Shown in pieces: positions 51,574 through 64,000 of a stretch of 64,000 nt of DNA. The notes beneath the pieces are model-generated. The model ran no database searches and was not told the origin of the DNA. It saw only the letters and a program-made list of their open reading frames with translations. Made by a program: the position numbers and the translations under genes. This stretch comes from Eledone cirrhosa (taxonomy: Eukaryota). The stretch lies in contig OZ024746.1 in NCBI GenBank assembly GCA_964016885.1, positions 48,236,001 to 48,300,000 on the forward strand, given 5' to 3'. How positions within the stretch are numbered: position 1 is the stretch's first letter; every line of letters starts with the position of its first letter.

Positions 51574-52723
51574 AATGGCTTGTGAAAGCTGTACAAGCCA
51601 TGTATAGGGGAGCAGTTAGCCCTCTCCTGTTCATCATAATCCTGCAGACAATAATGGAGAAGTTTAAGACCGGATGCCCATGGGAACTCCTGTATGCAGA
51701 TGACCTCGCACTTATAGCTGAATCTATGGTATAACTAGAGAAGAAATTCCAAACTTGGAAGCAGGGACTAGAAAGAAAGGGTCTCAAAGTCAACCTGACA
51801 AAGACTAAGGTACTTGTAAGTAGACGAGAAAACAGAACCCAGATCCCCTCAGGGAAATGGCCTTGCTCAGTATGTAGGAAAGGTGTAGGTAGGAACTCCA
51901 TTCTCTGCCCCAAATGCAAACAATGGATACACAAGAGATGTAGCTGGATCTCAGGAAGCTTAACTAAGAATGTAGGCTTCACATGTAGCAGCTGTGCTGG
52001 GACAACAAGCAGCAAACAGCCACAGGAAACAAGTACCTGTGCTGACTGTGGAAGACTTGCGTAGATTAGAAAGAAACGAAGCCTGCATCCTCCGATGGAT
52101 GTGTAGTAGTAATATACGCAAACGGCAAAGCATAAATGATTTGAGAGAGAGACTAAGCATAAGAGGAATCAAATGCTGTGTGCAGGAGAGGCGGTTGCAT
52201 TGATATGTGATGCGTATGAAGGATGACAGCTGCATAAAAAGGTGCAGAGTAATAGAAGTCGATGGAAACCGCGGAGTGGGGAGACCCAAGAAGACCTGGG
52301 ATGAGGTGATAAAAGCCGACCTTACCCAATTACACCTCTCAAAGACATGACACACGACCGTGACCTCTGGCGTTACGCAGTAATACAGAAGACCCGACCC
52401 CCCACGGGTACAAGCTGAAGCTGAAGCATATAGACAATATGCCCCTACACCCTCCCACTGCAAAGTGGTCATGGAGGTGCCACGGCAAAAAAGCACCCAG
52501 CCCACACTGTAAAGTGGACGTGTAGGCACCACGGAAAAAAAGCACCCCGCACTCATTGTAAATGAGGTTGGTGTTAGGAAGGGCATCCATCTGTAGAAAT
52601 CAAGCCAGAATCAGTTCCTGTATGAGCAAGACAAGGTCAGCCGACTGGACACTGCCCACAACAGGACAACCCCTCTAACCCATGCTAGCGTGGAAGAACG
52701 GACGTAAAATGATGATGATGATG
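51574..52723 (+). mobile_element. RTE LINE copy 2, 5'-truncated with two internal deletions
   Basis: Very similar to 23843-25188. It lacks the GVxQGSVL segment (junction about 51617) and about 235 bp after AAGTACC (junction about 52037). Confidence 0.95.
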
Positions 52724-53066
52724 AGTAAAGACCCCCACCACACACATACTTTGGCCATCAATGACATAAGATTTGCACCTAGAAGGTTCCCCTCTGAGGC
52801 ACAAGTTTGGGCAAGGTTATTTGTAGAAGACCAGAAGTTGCCCATGCATACCAGTGCCCCTTCTCCATACTACCAATATTATCCAAGGAAAAGGCAAAGG
52901 CTAAAACAGCTTGGCACCAGTGATGTCACAACTCATTTCTACAGCTAAATGAACTGGAGCATTGTGAAATAAAGTGTCTTGCATAAGGACACAACATACC
53001 ACTTAGTCCAAGAATTAAACTCACAATCTCACGATTGTAAACCCAATGCTCTAACCACTTAGCCAT
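52724..53066 (-). mobile_element. SINE family B, tail-to-tail with RTE copy 2
   Basis: Aligns with 31082-31402. Confidence 0.8.
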
Positions 53067-53086
53067 AAGACACACACATACATATC

Positions 53087-53273
53087 GTGGGCATAAGTCA
53101 CTGATTAAATTCCAATATATACATCGTCATTTTACGTCCGCTTTTCCCTGCTTGCAAGGGTGGGACGGGTCTTATTCAGCACAGCATCTCTCCACTTGTC
53201 ATTATCCCTCGTCATCTCCATCGTGAGCTTATATATATATTGGGATTTAATGTATATATTAAACCTCTCTCTC

Positions 53274-53314
<41 letters not shown>

Positions 53315-53333
53315 TGGGATTTAATGTATATAT

Positions 53334-53375
<42 letters not shown>

Positions 53376-53446
53376 GGTTTAATGTATATATTAAATATAT
53401 ATATATATATATATATATTGGGGTTTAATCAGTGACTTATGCCCAC
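53087..53446. mobile_element. Inverted-repeat element (35-bp IRs) with internal TA expansions and a SINE-tail insert
   Basis: GTGGGCATAAGTCACTGATTAAATTCCAATATATA at 53087-53121 versus TATATATTGGGGTTTAATCAGTGACTTATGCCCAC at 53412-53446. Confidence 0.8.
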
Positions 53447-53863
53447 AATTTCCGAGGGCTTAATTAAATTGAATATACCAATTTTTCATATATAAGGCAT
53501 GCTTGGCAACTGGTGTGATTAATAGATCATTGTCTATGAAGCTATGGTATATAAAGATAAGACATCTATACATTTGCTGACATCTATAGATATATCTTCT
53601 GTAATACACTATAACATGGATACAAAACACACAACACATTAGTAATATTGAACTACCTGCAAAAATTTTGTTACATATGTTAACTGGTGTATCTGATTTA
53701 TTTAAGCTCTAATAATAATAGGTTTACAAGCAGTATATCTGTGGATGGTAAAAGACAGCACTTCATCGCTGGTAAAATCCCAACAATGATCCTTCTTTTT
53801 CTAACCTCAAAAATACGCCATATAAAGACAAGATTATTATATCTATATATACTTCTTGTGCCA

Positions 53864-54110
53864 TCACTGTATCGGTGTTTGATGAACTATGACGTTCCAT
53901 GCTGTTCGATCTCGCTCGAGATCCCATACTTCTGCGGCTTTGATGCTGAAATTGTCAAAAAAGGACCTCCTTTGGCGACCTCTGGCATGCTTCCCAGGAA
54001 TTTGTCCACTAATGGAAAGGTCTTCCAGCATGCCTTTCCTAATGGAAAGTCCTAGGAACATTAGTTGTCTCTTTTTAATAGTGAACAGTATCTCCCATTC
54101 CATCTCATCT
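53864..54110 (-). mobile_element. 3' fragment of a BovB-like RTE LINE
   Basis: IKKRQLMFLGLSIRKGMLEDLSISGQIPGKHARGRQR...DRTAW matches the RTE C-terminal motif 'KRQLxFLGHxxR..LExL...GKI.GKR.RGRQR'. Confidence 0.75.
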
Positions 54111-54937
54111 ATATATGTACAGTATTGGCTAAAATCTATAAATATATTATGTAGTATTTCTTGTGCGTGTCAAAATTACAATTTAAGCAATTATTTCTTG
54201 CTTAAAAATCTGTTTAGTGTATACACATCTATATTCGATACAAGATTTTCTCACTTTAAATGATTCTATGTAATACCTCTATGTACTGCCTACAATAAGT
54301 TGATGGTGATTTAAGAGAAAAAGCAACACAACTAGATATTTAATGATTTTGGAGAAATAATTCAGAAAATGACAAGACTCCTCTCTCTCTTTCTTTGCAG
54401 AGTTGGCTATTTAGTTACTGATGTTCAATGTTCATCATTTGGAAACCAGTTTAAGTTGCATGGAAAAAGACAAAATAAACAAAATTTTGTCTTGGCTTGG
54501 TGATATCAGAGTTAAGTTCATTCCATTAGTTAGTTAAGCCAATTCATTTCCCATTCTAACAGTACTAGATAGAACAGATGCAGATTATTAACTGATATAG
54601 AAACGACAACTAAAGTGATCTGCTTTACAGAGCAGAGTAATATCTATGACATGCAAGAACCAAGATGGGCAAGGTTTACATGTCATTCATGGCCTGTAAT
54701 CTGATGGAAATGTCATTTAATAACTGAGGTGAGAGAAGTTCATACATCATTTATAGCCTGTTATCTAATGAAAATGTTATTTAAAAATGTTATGTAAGTG
54801 GTTTAATGAATAGCATTGAGAATATAGTCAACTATAGATCTGAAACAAATATATAGGCACCTACATGGCTGTCTAGTTAGAATGCTTGCTTTACAACCAT
54901 GTGGGTTGGAGTTTTGTCCTAATACCCAGTACCTTGG

Positions 54938-55095
54938 TCGTGTCTGTGTGTCGTCTGTCGTGTGTGTGTGTGTGTGTCGTCTGTCGTGTGTGTGTGTGTG
55001 TGTGTGTCGTCTGTCGCACGTGCATGTGTGTGTCGTCTGTGTCTGTCGTCTGTGTCTGTCGTCTGTGTCTGTGTGTGTGTGTGTGTGTGTGTGTT
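54938..55095. repeat. Compound (GT)n/GTCGTCT microsatellite inside a family D SINE
   Basis: The SINE head (54860-54935) and tail (55190-55280) flank it. Confidence 0.8.
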
Positions 55096-55851
55096 CGTAC
55101 GCATTTGTATACGTTTACAGAAATTAAGAGTATTGGTTTTATGTTTTGTATAGCTTTGTTAGACAAATAAAATGCATAAAGGACTTTAAAATAAGTACTG
55201 GGGTCGATATGATCAACTAAATCCTTGATGGCATCATCCCAGCATGATCAAAATCTAATAACTGAAATCAGTAAAAGAATATTATAGAAACTACAGCCTA
55301 ATGATGGCCGTCACCCTCATACCAGTAATTGGTGTAGGTTGGTGGTTGTTTGCCAGAGAGGTTGGGATATGGTTTTGATATTTACTTTTCTAGGTGAATG
55401 GGGTCAAATGTAGGTTTATAAATTACATTTGTTTGTGTTCAATGATAGCTTTGGTTTGTTCTAAATATATTTACATTCAAGTTAAGGCAATTGATCATCT
55501 TAGTTATGTATGCAGTATGTTATACCATAACACCATGTTGACAGATTCTTATTAACAGGCCTCTGGCATAAGTATCCCTCTGTGGAATCGGTTGTTATTG
55601 CATTTGTTTGGAGATAATATTAGATTGGTGTAGATTTATGTTCAAGTTAATGCAATTGTCAGTCTTAGTTACCTATATGTATGTTATGCTTTGAGAGAGG
55701 GTGGGGGAGAATGAAATATGAAATTACAAGGGGTTATGTCAGAAACTAGATTAAACAAAAGGGCAAAATAGGAAGAAAATAGGAAAGTAAATGAAGCACT
55801 TTTACAGTGACTAAAATATCTTTACATATATGGTTTAATGCAATAATATAA

Positions 55852-56070
55852 GGCTTTAATGTTCAAACCAGCCAAAACCGATCAGAATTCTCTACCTTTT
55901 TCTGTTGAAACTGGCTGTAACTGGTCACTCAAACTGATGTTAAGGTATTGTTCTCAAAATAAATACTTTCAAAATCTCATAGATTCGATATTATGGGAGA
56001 TAATTATTTCAGGTAAAGCCTTTACCATGAAAATATAATAGCATATAACAGTAATGTGAATGCTAAAGGG
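55852..56070 (+). mobile_element. piggyBac-type MITE P1, left TIR decayed
   Basis: Body matches P1. Right end AATGCTAAAGGG-TTAA. Confidence 0.85.
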
Positions 56071-56102
56071 TTAAGATAATTGTCACTATCTTCTTAGAAG
56101 AT

Positions 56103-56164
56103 ATACCTATTTACATATAAAACATACCTATTTACGTATAAAAATACCTATTGACATATAAAAC
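56103..56164. repeat. About 21-bp tandem repeat x3 (ATACCTATTTACATATAAAAC)
   Basis: Visible directly in the sequence. Confidence 0.85.
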
Positions 56165-56651
56165 ATTTATAATTCTTGGTTCTTTACATATGACTGCACT
56201 TTGAAAAGAACTTAAACTCTATGCACATGCATGTATCTTTATACATGCATGCATGAATGTGCACATACATACGTATGTACTACATGCATACATATAATCA
56301 TCACTATGGTTTGGTAATAAGGTTTGAGCATTTCAAGTTTGTGGCCTTGTTTCTATTCCTGACTAAAACGGTTTCACTTCTCATGCTCAGTAGCTTTACA
56401 AAAGACATACTAGGAACTCCTTTGACATCAGAAGAATTAACACCAAACTGTTGGCAGTTAACTGCATACTAAGAGATAAATAAATGTCGTTCCTGTGAGC
56501 ATAAATACTATAATATATACTCAAACTATATATAATAACAGGATACAATTGCGCATGCACACACGTGTGTATATATGTATATGCATAAATATCTTTGTTT
56601 ATAGAACAGGCTAAATGAGTTGAGGTGTAAAACCCAAGGAAACTTAAGTAG

Positions 56652-56703
<52 letters not shown>

Positions 56704-57039
56704 CATCACTATCATTTTACATCTGCTTTTCCTTGCTTATATATATATATATAAAATCATCATTTAACATCTATCTTCCACGCTAGCATGGGATATATAT
56801 ATATTCATTAGTTAAGCAAATCAAGACCACAAATTCACATGGAAGACATTAGTTAAAGAGTGTCAACATAGCTGCTACTTAAAGTAAGGAATAAAGAGTG
56901 TAAACATTAATTGCAGTTTAAGGTAAGGAATAATAATGTCTGTTTACAATTGTTTCACTACTCCATATAATGTTCATCTCCATCTCTCTATTTAAGATTG
57001 GTTTACACTTGAACTGTGTGTGTGTGTGTGTGTGTGTAT

Positions 57040-57076
<37 letters not shown>

Positions 57077-57358
57077 GAGAGAGAGGGGGAGAGAGGGGGG
57101 GGGGGGGGTAAATAACACTTCAGGTTATTTAAAGAGCAGTCCATGCTAAATCTTCAGAGGGAGTCGTCCGACAAAAGAATGTATGTAATACAGAGATTAG
57201 CAAATAAATGACAAAATAATGGACAGCAGACCTAACTTTAAAGGAAATTTATTGCTCTCTGGAGATTGTCACATTTAGAATAATGTAATACTCTCCTATA
57301 ACACTAAGGATACTAAATGTAAGGAAATTCTTCATGTAAAAGTAGAAGTAGTACATAC

Positions 57359-57717
57359 CAGTGGCGAAGGGTAACCTGGAAAGCTGGGCATGCAGTCCAA
57401 TCGCCATGGCGGAAAGTGGGGCTGTGCAGCCTTACCCCTCCCCCCCCCCCCTCAATTCCTTCTAAATGACCCTCCCGGTCAAAGCCGCATGTAGTGTTAT
57501 CTAGTGTGTGATCTTTTCATGTGTCTACGATTTAGTAAGCAGTCAAAATTCTGCTTGCCCCAAAGCTGTCGCGCGCGCGTGCGTGTTATCTTTTTTTGTG
57601 TCTATACATTTTAGTAAGCAGCCAACATTCTGCTTGCTTCAACTGTCGCAATTGATCAACTCAAGATTCTATAACGCATGCACTGCATGTGTTGCATGCA
57701 CGGACCCTTCACCCCTG
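57359..57717. mobile_element. hAT-type MITE with perfect 8-bp TSD
   Basis: GTACATAC at 57351-57358 and 57718-57725. TIRs CAGTGGCGAAGGGT / ACCCTTCACCCCTG (2 mismatches). Confidence 0.92.
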
Positions 57718-57726
57718 GTACATACT

Positions 57727-57900
57727 AATAATTGTTTCTACTTTTGGCCCAAGGCCAGCAATTACCCAGTGTATTACTGGTACTTTATTTTATCGACCCC
57801 ATAAGGATGAAAGGCAAAGTTAACCTCGGCGGGATTTGAACTCAGAATGGCACGGGCCGTAACTCTATGCATGGCGTCCGACTCTCTACCGATACTGTCA
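57727..57900 (-). mobile_element. SINE family C
   Basis: Reverse match to 37175-37358. Confidence 0.88.
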
Positions 57901-59723
57901 AAAAGAGTCAACACAGTTTTGACATGACATGCAATAAAACTCACTACATGATCTTGCAGTATTCTGAAGATTATTTAGATAATAAGAATAACACTTCAAA
58001 GAACTAAAATATTTTTCAATACTAAATAAACATGTTTTTTATTTAGTCACCATCCTTTAGTCTATGCTGACATAAACTGACTGGATCTACAATACAGCAT
58101 ATTTTTAGGTTTTTATCATATATTCTCGTATATAAGCCAAGAAATATGTGCTAAAAAAATTGAGTGCAGTAACCAAACACAGCCAGTTCAAAGTAACAGA
58201 GGCCACTATAATTATGAGTACTAATACGGAGGGTGAGTATATTGATGACAGCAATATATAACTTAATGTTGATTCTGCAAAGGAAACACAACTTTCATAT
58301 CTATAGCTATCGTTGAAATAGATTTCAACAACAATTAGATAGAATTATCAAATTCATGCTTTGTACATCTCTGAAAAGATAACATGAATCAATTTGCCAA
58401 ATACATTATTGATTGAGTAGTTTCAAATGAATGATATTTAATAACATATAAAACCAAAAGTATGTTAAGTTTTACCAAGACAGTAACGATGTAATAATAG
58501 AATACAATACTTTCCTATTGTCAAGTTACACACACCCACCATGTCAACATCAGCATCTAGCATCATGATAAAACTTCAGTTGCCAAACTTTTATATTTGT
58601 TTATCCAGCTTACATCTGAAGCCATTAATGGAAAAGGAATTAACAACACACTTTACTTAGTTGTTCCTATCATTGACTTCTTCTCAAGAGCAAGTAGACA
58701 GTCTATGCGTATCTGATGCTACTTTCATAGCAGTGCTCCCTTGAGTTATTGTTATTTTAGATATGATCAAATAGAGTGATATGATATTTCATGAAACAAA
58801 TAAATGCATTTTATTAATACTTACTTTAGCTGAAATGCTAAGTATTTTTAGAAGAAGCAAAAATAAAAAAGGGGCATTTTAACTAAATTGATTCTAGTAT
58901 ATTACTGTCACTGATTTTGTCAATCACCAGCTGAATCTGAGAAATTTTAATTCAGAAATAAGGAGAATGAAACTAAATTTTGTAAAGTATTTAGCACAGT
59001 ACATTAATAAAATACCTGACATTTCTATCATCCTTAATGTTACAAATATATTAAACAGCAGAGTAAATTTTAAAGCTGTGATAGTAAAGTTCAGTTTCTA
59101 TTCATAAATACTTAACATGAAACATGAATAAAAATTCAATTAAAAGGTAAAGTAAACCATGAATGAGTACTGGTAAAATCATGTTCATAATTTTGCCAAC
59201 CATTTTTATTATTTTAGCATGGTTGGGACAGGGTTTAAAGACCTGCATCTTCTTGCATACAGCTAACTTTGGTGATGTATGTCTTAGGATGTTGATTATA
59301 TGTTTTCTCATGCTACCAGCACTAGAAAGGTAGTCCTCTCTGATGATGATAGAAGCATGGTTTGAGGTACATTTAGCTATTATTTCTAACAAATTCACTG
59401 GCCACACATAGTTCCTCATTGAATTATAATGTAGTGATGATATACAAGGGGGATAAACAATTTGTTCTTAGTCAAATAGCACCACCACTTGATACTAAGA
59501 TTTTCAGTAATTGAGAAGATAGAAATAAAGAACAAAATTATTTCCAAATTTAGAAAATATATTTTCCTGATAATTTCAAATGAATGAAACTGTTTTAGTC
59601 CTGTAGAAGCCATTTATATATGAAATAAATACATACCTTCCCTATTTATATATTGAGTAACTTAATTAACCGTGGTTCCCTTCAATTCATCTTCGGAAAA
59701 CCATTCTTAATTATATCACCATT

Positions 59724-60016
59724 ATATATATACATATACATATATATATATACATATATACATATACATATATATACATATATATACATATACATATATA
59801 TACATATATATACATATACATATATATACATATACATATATATACATATACATATATATACATATACATACATATACATATATATACATATACATATATA
59901 TACATATACATATATATACATATACATATATATATACATATATATATATATACATATATATACATATATATACATATACATACATATACATACATATATA
60001 TATACATATATATACA

Positions 60017-60054
<38 letters not shown>

Positions 60055-60351
60055 CATACATATACATACATATATACATATATATACATACATATACATA
60101 CATATACATACATATACATATATACATATATATACATACATATACATATACATATATACATATATATACATACATATATATACATATACATATATACATA
60201 TATATACATATACATATATACATATATATACATATACATATATATATATATACATATATATACATACATATATATACATATATATATATATATACATACA
60301 TATATATACATATATATATATATATACATATATATACATATATATATATAC

Positions 60352-60384
<33 letters not shown>

Positions 60385-60395
60385 CATATATATAC

Positions 60396-60464
<69 letters not shown>

Positions 60465-60731
60465 TATACATATACATATATATACATATATATATATATA
60501 TACATATATATACATATATATATATATATCTACATATATATACATATATATATACATATATATACATATATATATATCTACATATATATACATATATATA
60601 CATATATATACATATATATACATATATATATACATATATATACATATATATACATATATATACATATATATATACATATATATACATATATATATACATA
60701 TATATACATATATATATACATATATATATAC

Positions 60732-60806
<75 letters not shown>

Positions 60807-60807
60807 C

Positions 60808-60840
<33 letters not shown>

Positions 60841-61556
60841 CATATATATATACATATATATATATATACATATACATACATATACATACATATATATATA
60901 CATATATATACATATACATATATATATATATATATATATACATATATATACATATACATATATATACATATATATATACATATATATACATATACATATA
61001 TATATATATATACATATATATACATATATATACATATATATACATATACATATATATACATATATATATATATATATACATATATATACATATACATATA
61101 TATACATATATATATATATATACATATATATACATATAGATATATATACATATATATATATATATACATATATATACATATATACATATATATACATATA
61201 TATACATATAGATATATATACATATATATACATATAGATATATATACATATATATATATATATACATATATATACATATATACATATATATACATATATA
61301 TACATATAGATATATATACATATATATATATATATACATATATATACATATAGATATATATACATATTATATATATATACATATATATACATATATACAT
61401 ATATATACATATACATATATATACATATACATATATATATATACATATATATACATATACATATATATACATATATATATATATACATATATATACATAT
61501 ACATATATATACATATATATATATACATATATATATATATACATATATATATATAC

Positions 61557-61587
<31 letters not shown>

Positions 61588-61602
61588 CATATATATATAT
61601 AC

Positions 61603-61633
<31 letters not shown>

Positions 61634-61760
61634 CATATATATATACATATACATATATATACATATACATATATATACATATATATATATATACATATAT
61701 ATATACATATACATATATATACATATACATATATATACATATACATATATATACATATAC

Positions 61761-61791
<31 letters not shown>

Positions 61792-61798
61792 CATATAC

Positions 61799-61829
<31 letters not shown>

Positions 61830-62000
61830 CATATATACATATATACATATATATACATATATATACATATATATATACATATATATACATATACATATAT
61901 ATACATATATATACATATACATATATATATATACATATATATATATACATATATATACATATACATATATATATACATACATATACATATACATATACAT

Positions 62001-62034
<34 letters not shown>

Positions 62035-62082
62035 ACATATACATATATATACATATATATATATATATACATATACATATAC

Positions 62083-62116
<34 letters not shown>

Positions 62117-62220
62117 ATATATACATATACATATATATATATATACATATACATATATATATATATACATATATATATACATATATATATATATACATAT
62201 ATATATACATATATATATAC

Positions 62221-62251
<31 letters not shown>

Positions 62252-62400
62252 CATATATATATTATATACATATACATATATATACATATACATATATATA
62301 CATATACATATATATATACATATACATATATATACATATACATATATATACATATACATATATATACATATACATATATATACATATACATATATATATA
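59724..62400. repeat. About 2.7-kb (TA)n/(TACA)n compound microsatellite array
   Basis: Near-continuous alternating purine-pyrimidine array. It accounts for all long Ile/Tyr-rich ORFs in this region. Confidence 0.99.
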
Positions 62401-64000
62401 TCATCATCATCATCATCATCAACGTTTAACGTCCGTGTTCCACGCTTGCATGGGTTTGGACGGGGGTAGTCCCACTTGAGGCAAGAGTGATTGTCTTGCT
62501 CGCATAGGACTGTCTGGCAGGTTTTCTACAGTTGGATGCCCTTCCTAACACCAACCACATTTACAGTGTGGGTCTGGGAGGTTTTTACCGTGTTGCCTAC
62601 ACGGCCACATTACAGCGTGGACTGTGTGTTTTTTTGTCGTGACACCTACACGATCTCATTTGTTTCGGCCTCGATGGCGCGGCACCAACATAACTTTACA
62701 TAGAACGGGGTGGTGTGGATCGGGTGGGGGTGGTGGGACGGGGTGTATTTGTTAGAGATGCCTACTGGCTGGAGTAGGTTTTACTATATATTTAGGTAAG
62801 GCGGGTCTTCTCTGTTACTGAGTACCGCCAAAGGTCTCGGTCCAGTGACATTGTCTTGGAGAGGTGTAAGTGTGTGATGTCGGAGTTTATCAGCTCGTCC
62901 CAGGTTTTTCTAGGTCTGCCTATTCCGTGACTACCGTCTATCTTTATTGCCCTGCACTTTGTTATACAGCTATCGACTTTCATGCGCATCACGTGTCCAT
63001 ACCAACGTAGCCTTCTCTCGAGTAAACAACATCTGATCCCTCTTATCTCTAATTTATTCCTTAGTTCGTTTATGCTTTGCCGTTCACGTATATTACTGTT
63101 ACACATCCAGCGGAGCATGCAAGCTTCGTTCCTCTCTAGTCTGCGTATATCCTCTGCACACAATGCCCAGGTCTCACTGCCATGCAGCATTGCTGTTCGT
63201 ATGCAGGCATCGTACAACCTGCCTTTCATTTTTAGTGAGAACCCTTTAGCAGCTAATAGTGGTATAAGCTCTCTGAACTTTTTCCAACCAGTTCTGACTC
63301 TAGCTACAGTACTTTCAGAGCACCCTCCCCCACTGCTGATTTTATCGCCCAGGTAACGGAAGCTGTCCACCATTTCTATAGAACCCTCTGCGCAATTGAA
63401 AGAGCTAGTAGTTTGTGGGCACTTGCTGCTACTTATTGCACCAGAGCACCGGCCACATGTAAAAATCTATGTTCTTAGTTAGCCTACCTGTGATCCCACT
63501 ACATCTTTTATGCACCCATACTTTGCATTTAGGACATAAAATGGAGTTTCTACCTACGCCTTTCCTACACACCGAGCACGACCATTTCCCAGAAGGGACC
63601 GCCGCCTTGTTTTCTTTCCTACAAACTAGTACTTTGGTCTTAGCCAGGTTAATTTTAAGTCCTTTTGACTCTAGGCCGTGCTTCCATGTTTGGAATTTCT
63701 TCTCTAGCTCGGCCATTGATTCCGCTATGAGTGTCAGGTCGTCTGCGTATAGGAGTTCCCATGGGCAGCCTGTCTTGAACTCCTCTGTTATGGCCTGAAG
63801 GGCAATAATAAATAGTAGTGGACTGAGAACAGAGCCCTGATGGACGCCGACTTTTACGCTAAACTCTTCACTATATTCGTTGTTAATTCTAACCTTGCTG
63901 ACTGTTTCTTTATACATGGCTTGTATAGCCCTCACAAGCCATTCGTCAACGCCTAGTTTTCTAAGAGCCCACCAGATAATGGAGCGGGGGACTCTGTCGA
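62401..64000 (-). mobile_element. RTE LINE copy 3 (divergent subfamily), continues beyond the window end
   Basis: DRVPRSIIWWALRKLG, GVHQGSVLSPLLF, ELLYADD, PHD-like finger, FRYLGD, MLHGSETW and RLRWYGHV. A single +1 frameshift in a T-run at about 63461-63465. Stop at 62792 and (GAT)n tail at about 62401-62420. Confidence 0.95.

Noticed and set aside
55375-55400. Plus-strand TTTTCTAG|GTGAAT, and weaker minus-strand AG|GT sites near 47090 and 53655
   Set aside because: Short pyrimidine tracts and poor donor matches, as expected by chance in AT-rich DNA.
58595-58720. Acceptor-like TTTATCCAG followed by a 35-codon open frame
   Set aside because: No convincing donor and no recognisable protein similarity.
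59653-62422. ORFs of 250-890 aa (Ile/Tyr/Met/His-rich)
   Set aside because: Translation artefacts of a stop-free TA/TACA microsatellite.

Overview
AT-rich, microsatellite-rich animal genomic DNA with no recognisable host protein-coding exon in 64 kb. It is probably intergenic or part of a very long intron. The repeat inventory resembles what I recall for an octopus/cephalopod genome (inference, not verified). Almost all interpretable sequence is transposon-derived: a near-full-length but disabled R4/Dong-type non-LTR retrotransposon (RT plus restriction-like endonuclease, TAA tail) beside an older relative, three RTE LINE copies with a PHD-like finger inside ORF2, fossil RTE, CR1/L2 and Penelope fragments, at least four tRNA-derived SINE families, piggyBac-type (TTAA) and hAT-type (8-bp TSD) MITEs, several foldback palindromes and a 2.7-kb TA/TACA array. 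The most notable non-TE signal is a consensus minus-strand AG|GT (recursive-splice-like) site at about 34997, followed by a 31-nt cryptic exon. Other notable signals are several potential long dsRNA structures and a hammerhead-like core in a small repeat. I see no evidence of a novel multi-gene system. Family names come from motif recall, not database searches, and coordinates of degraded elements are approximate.
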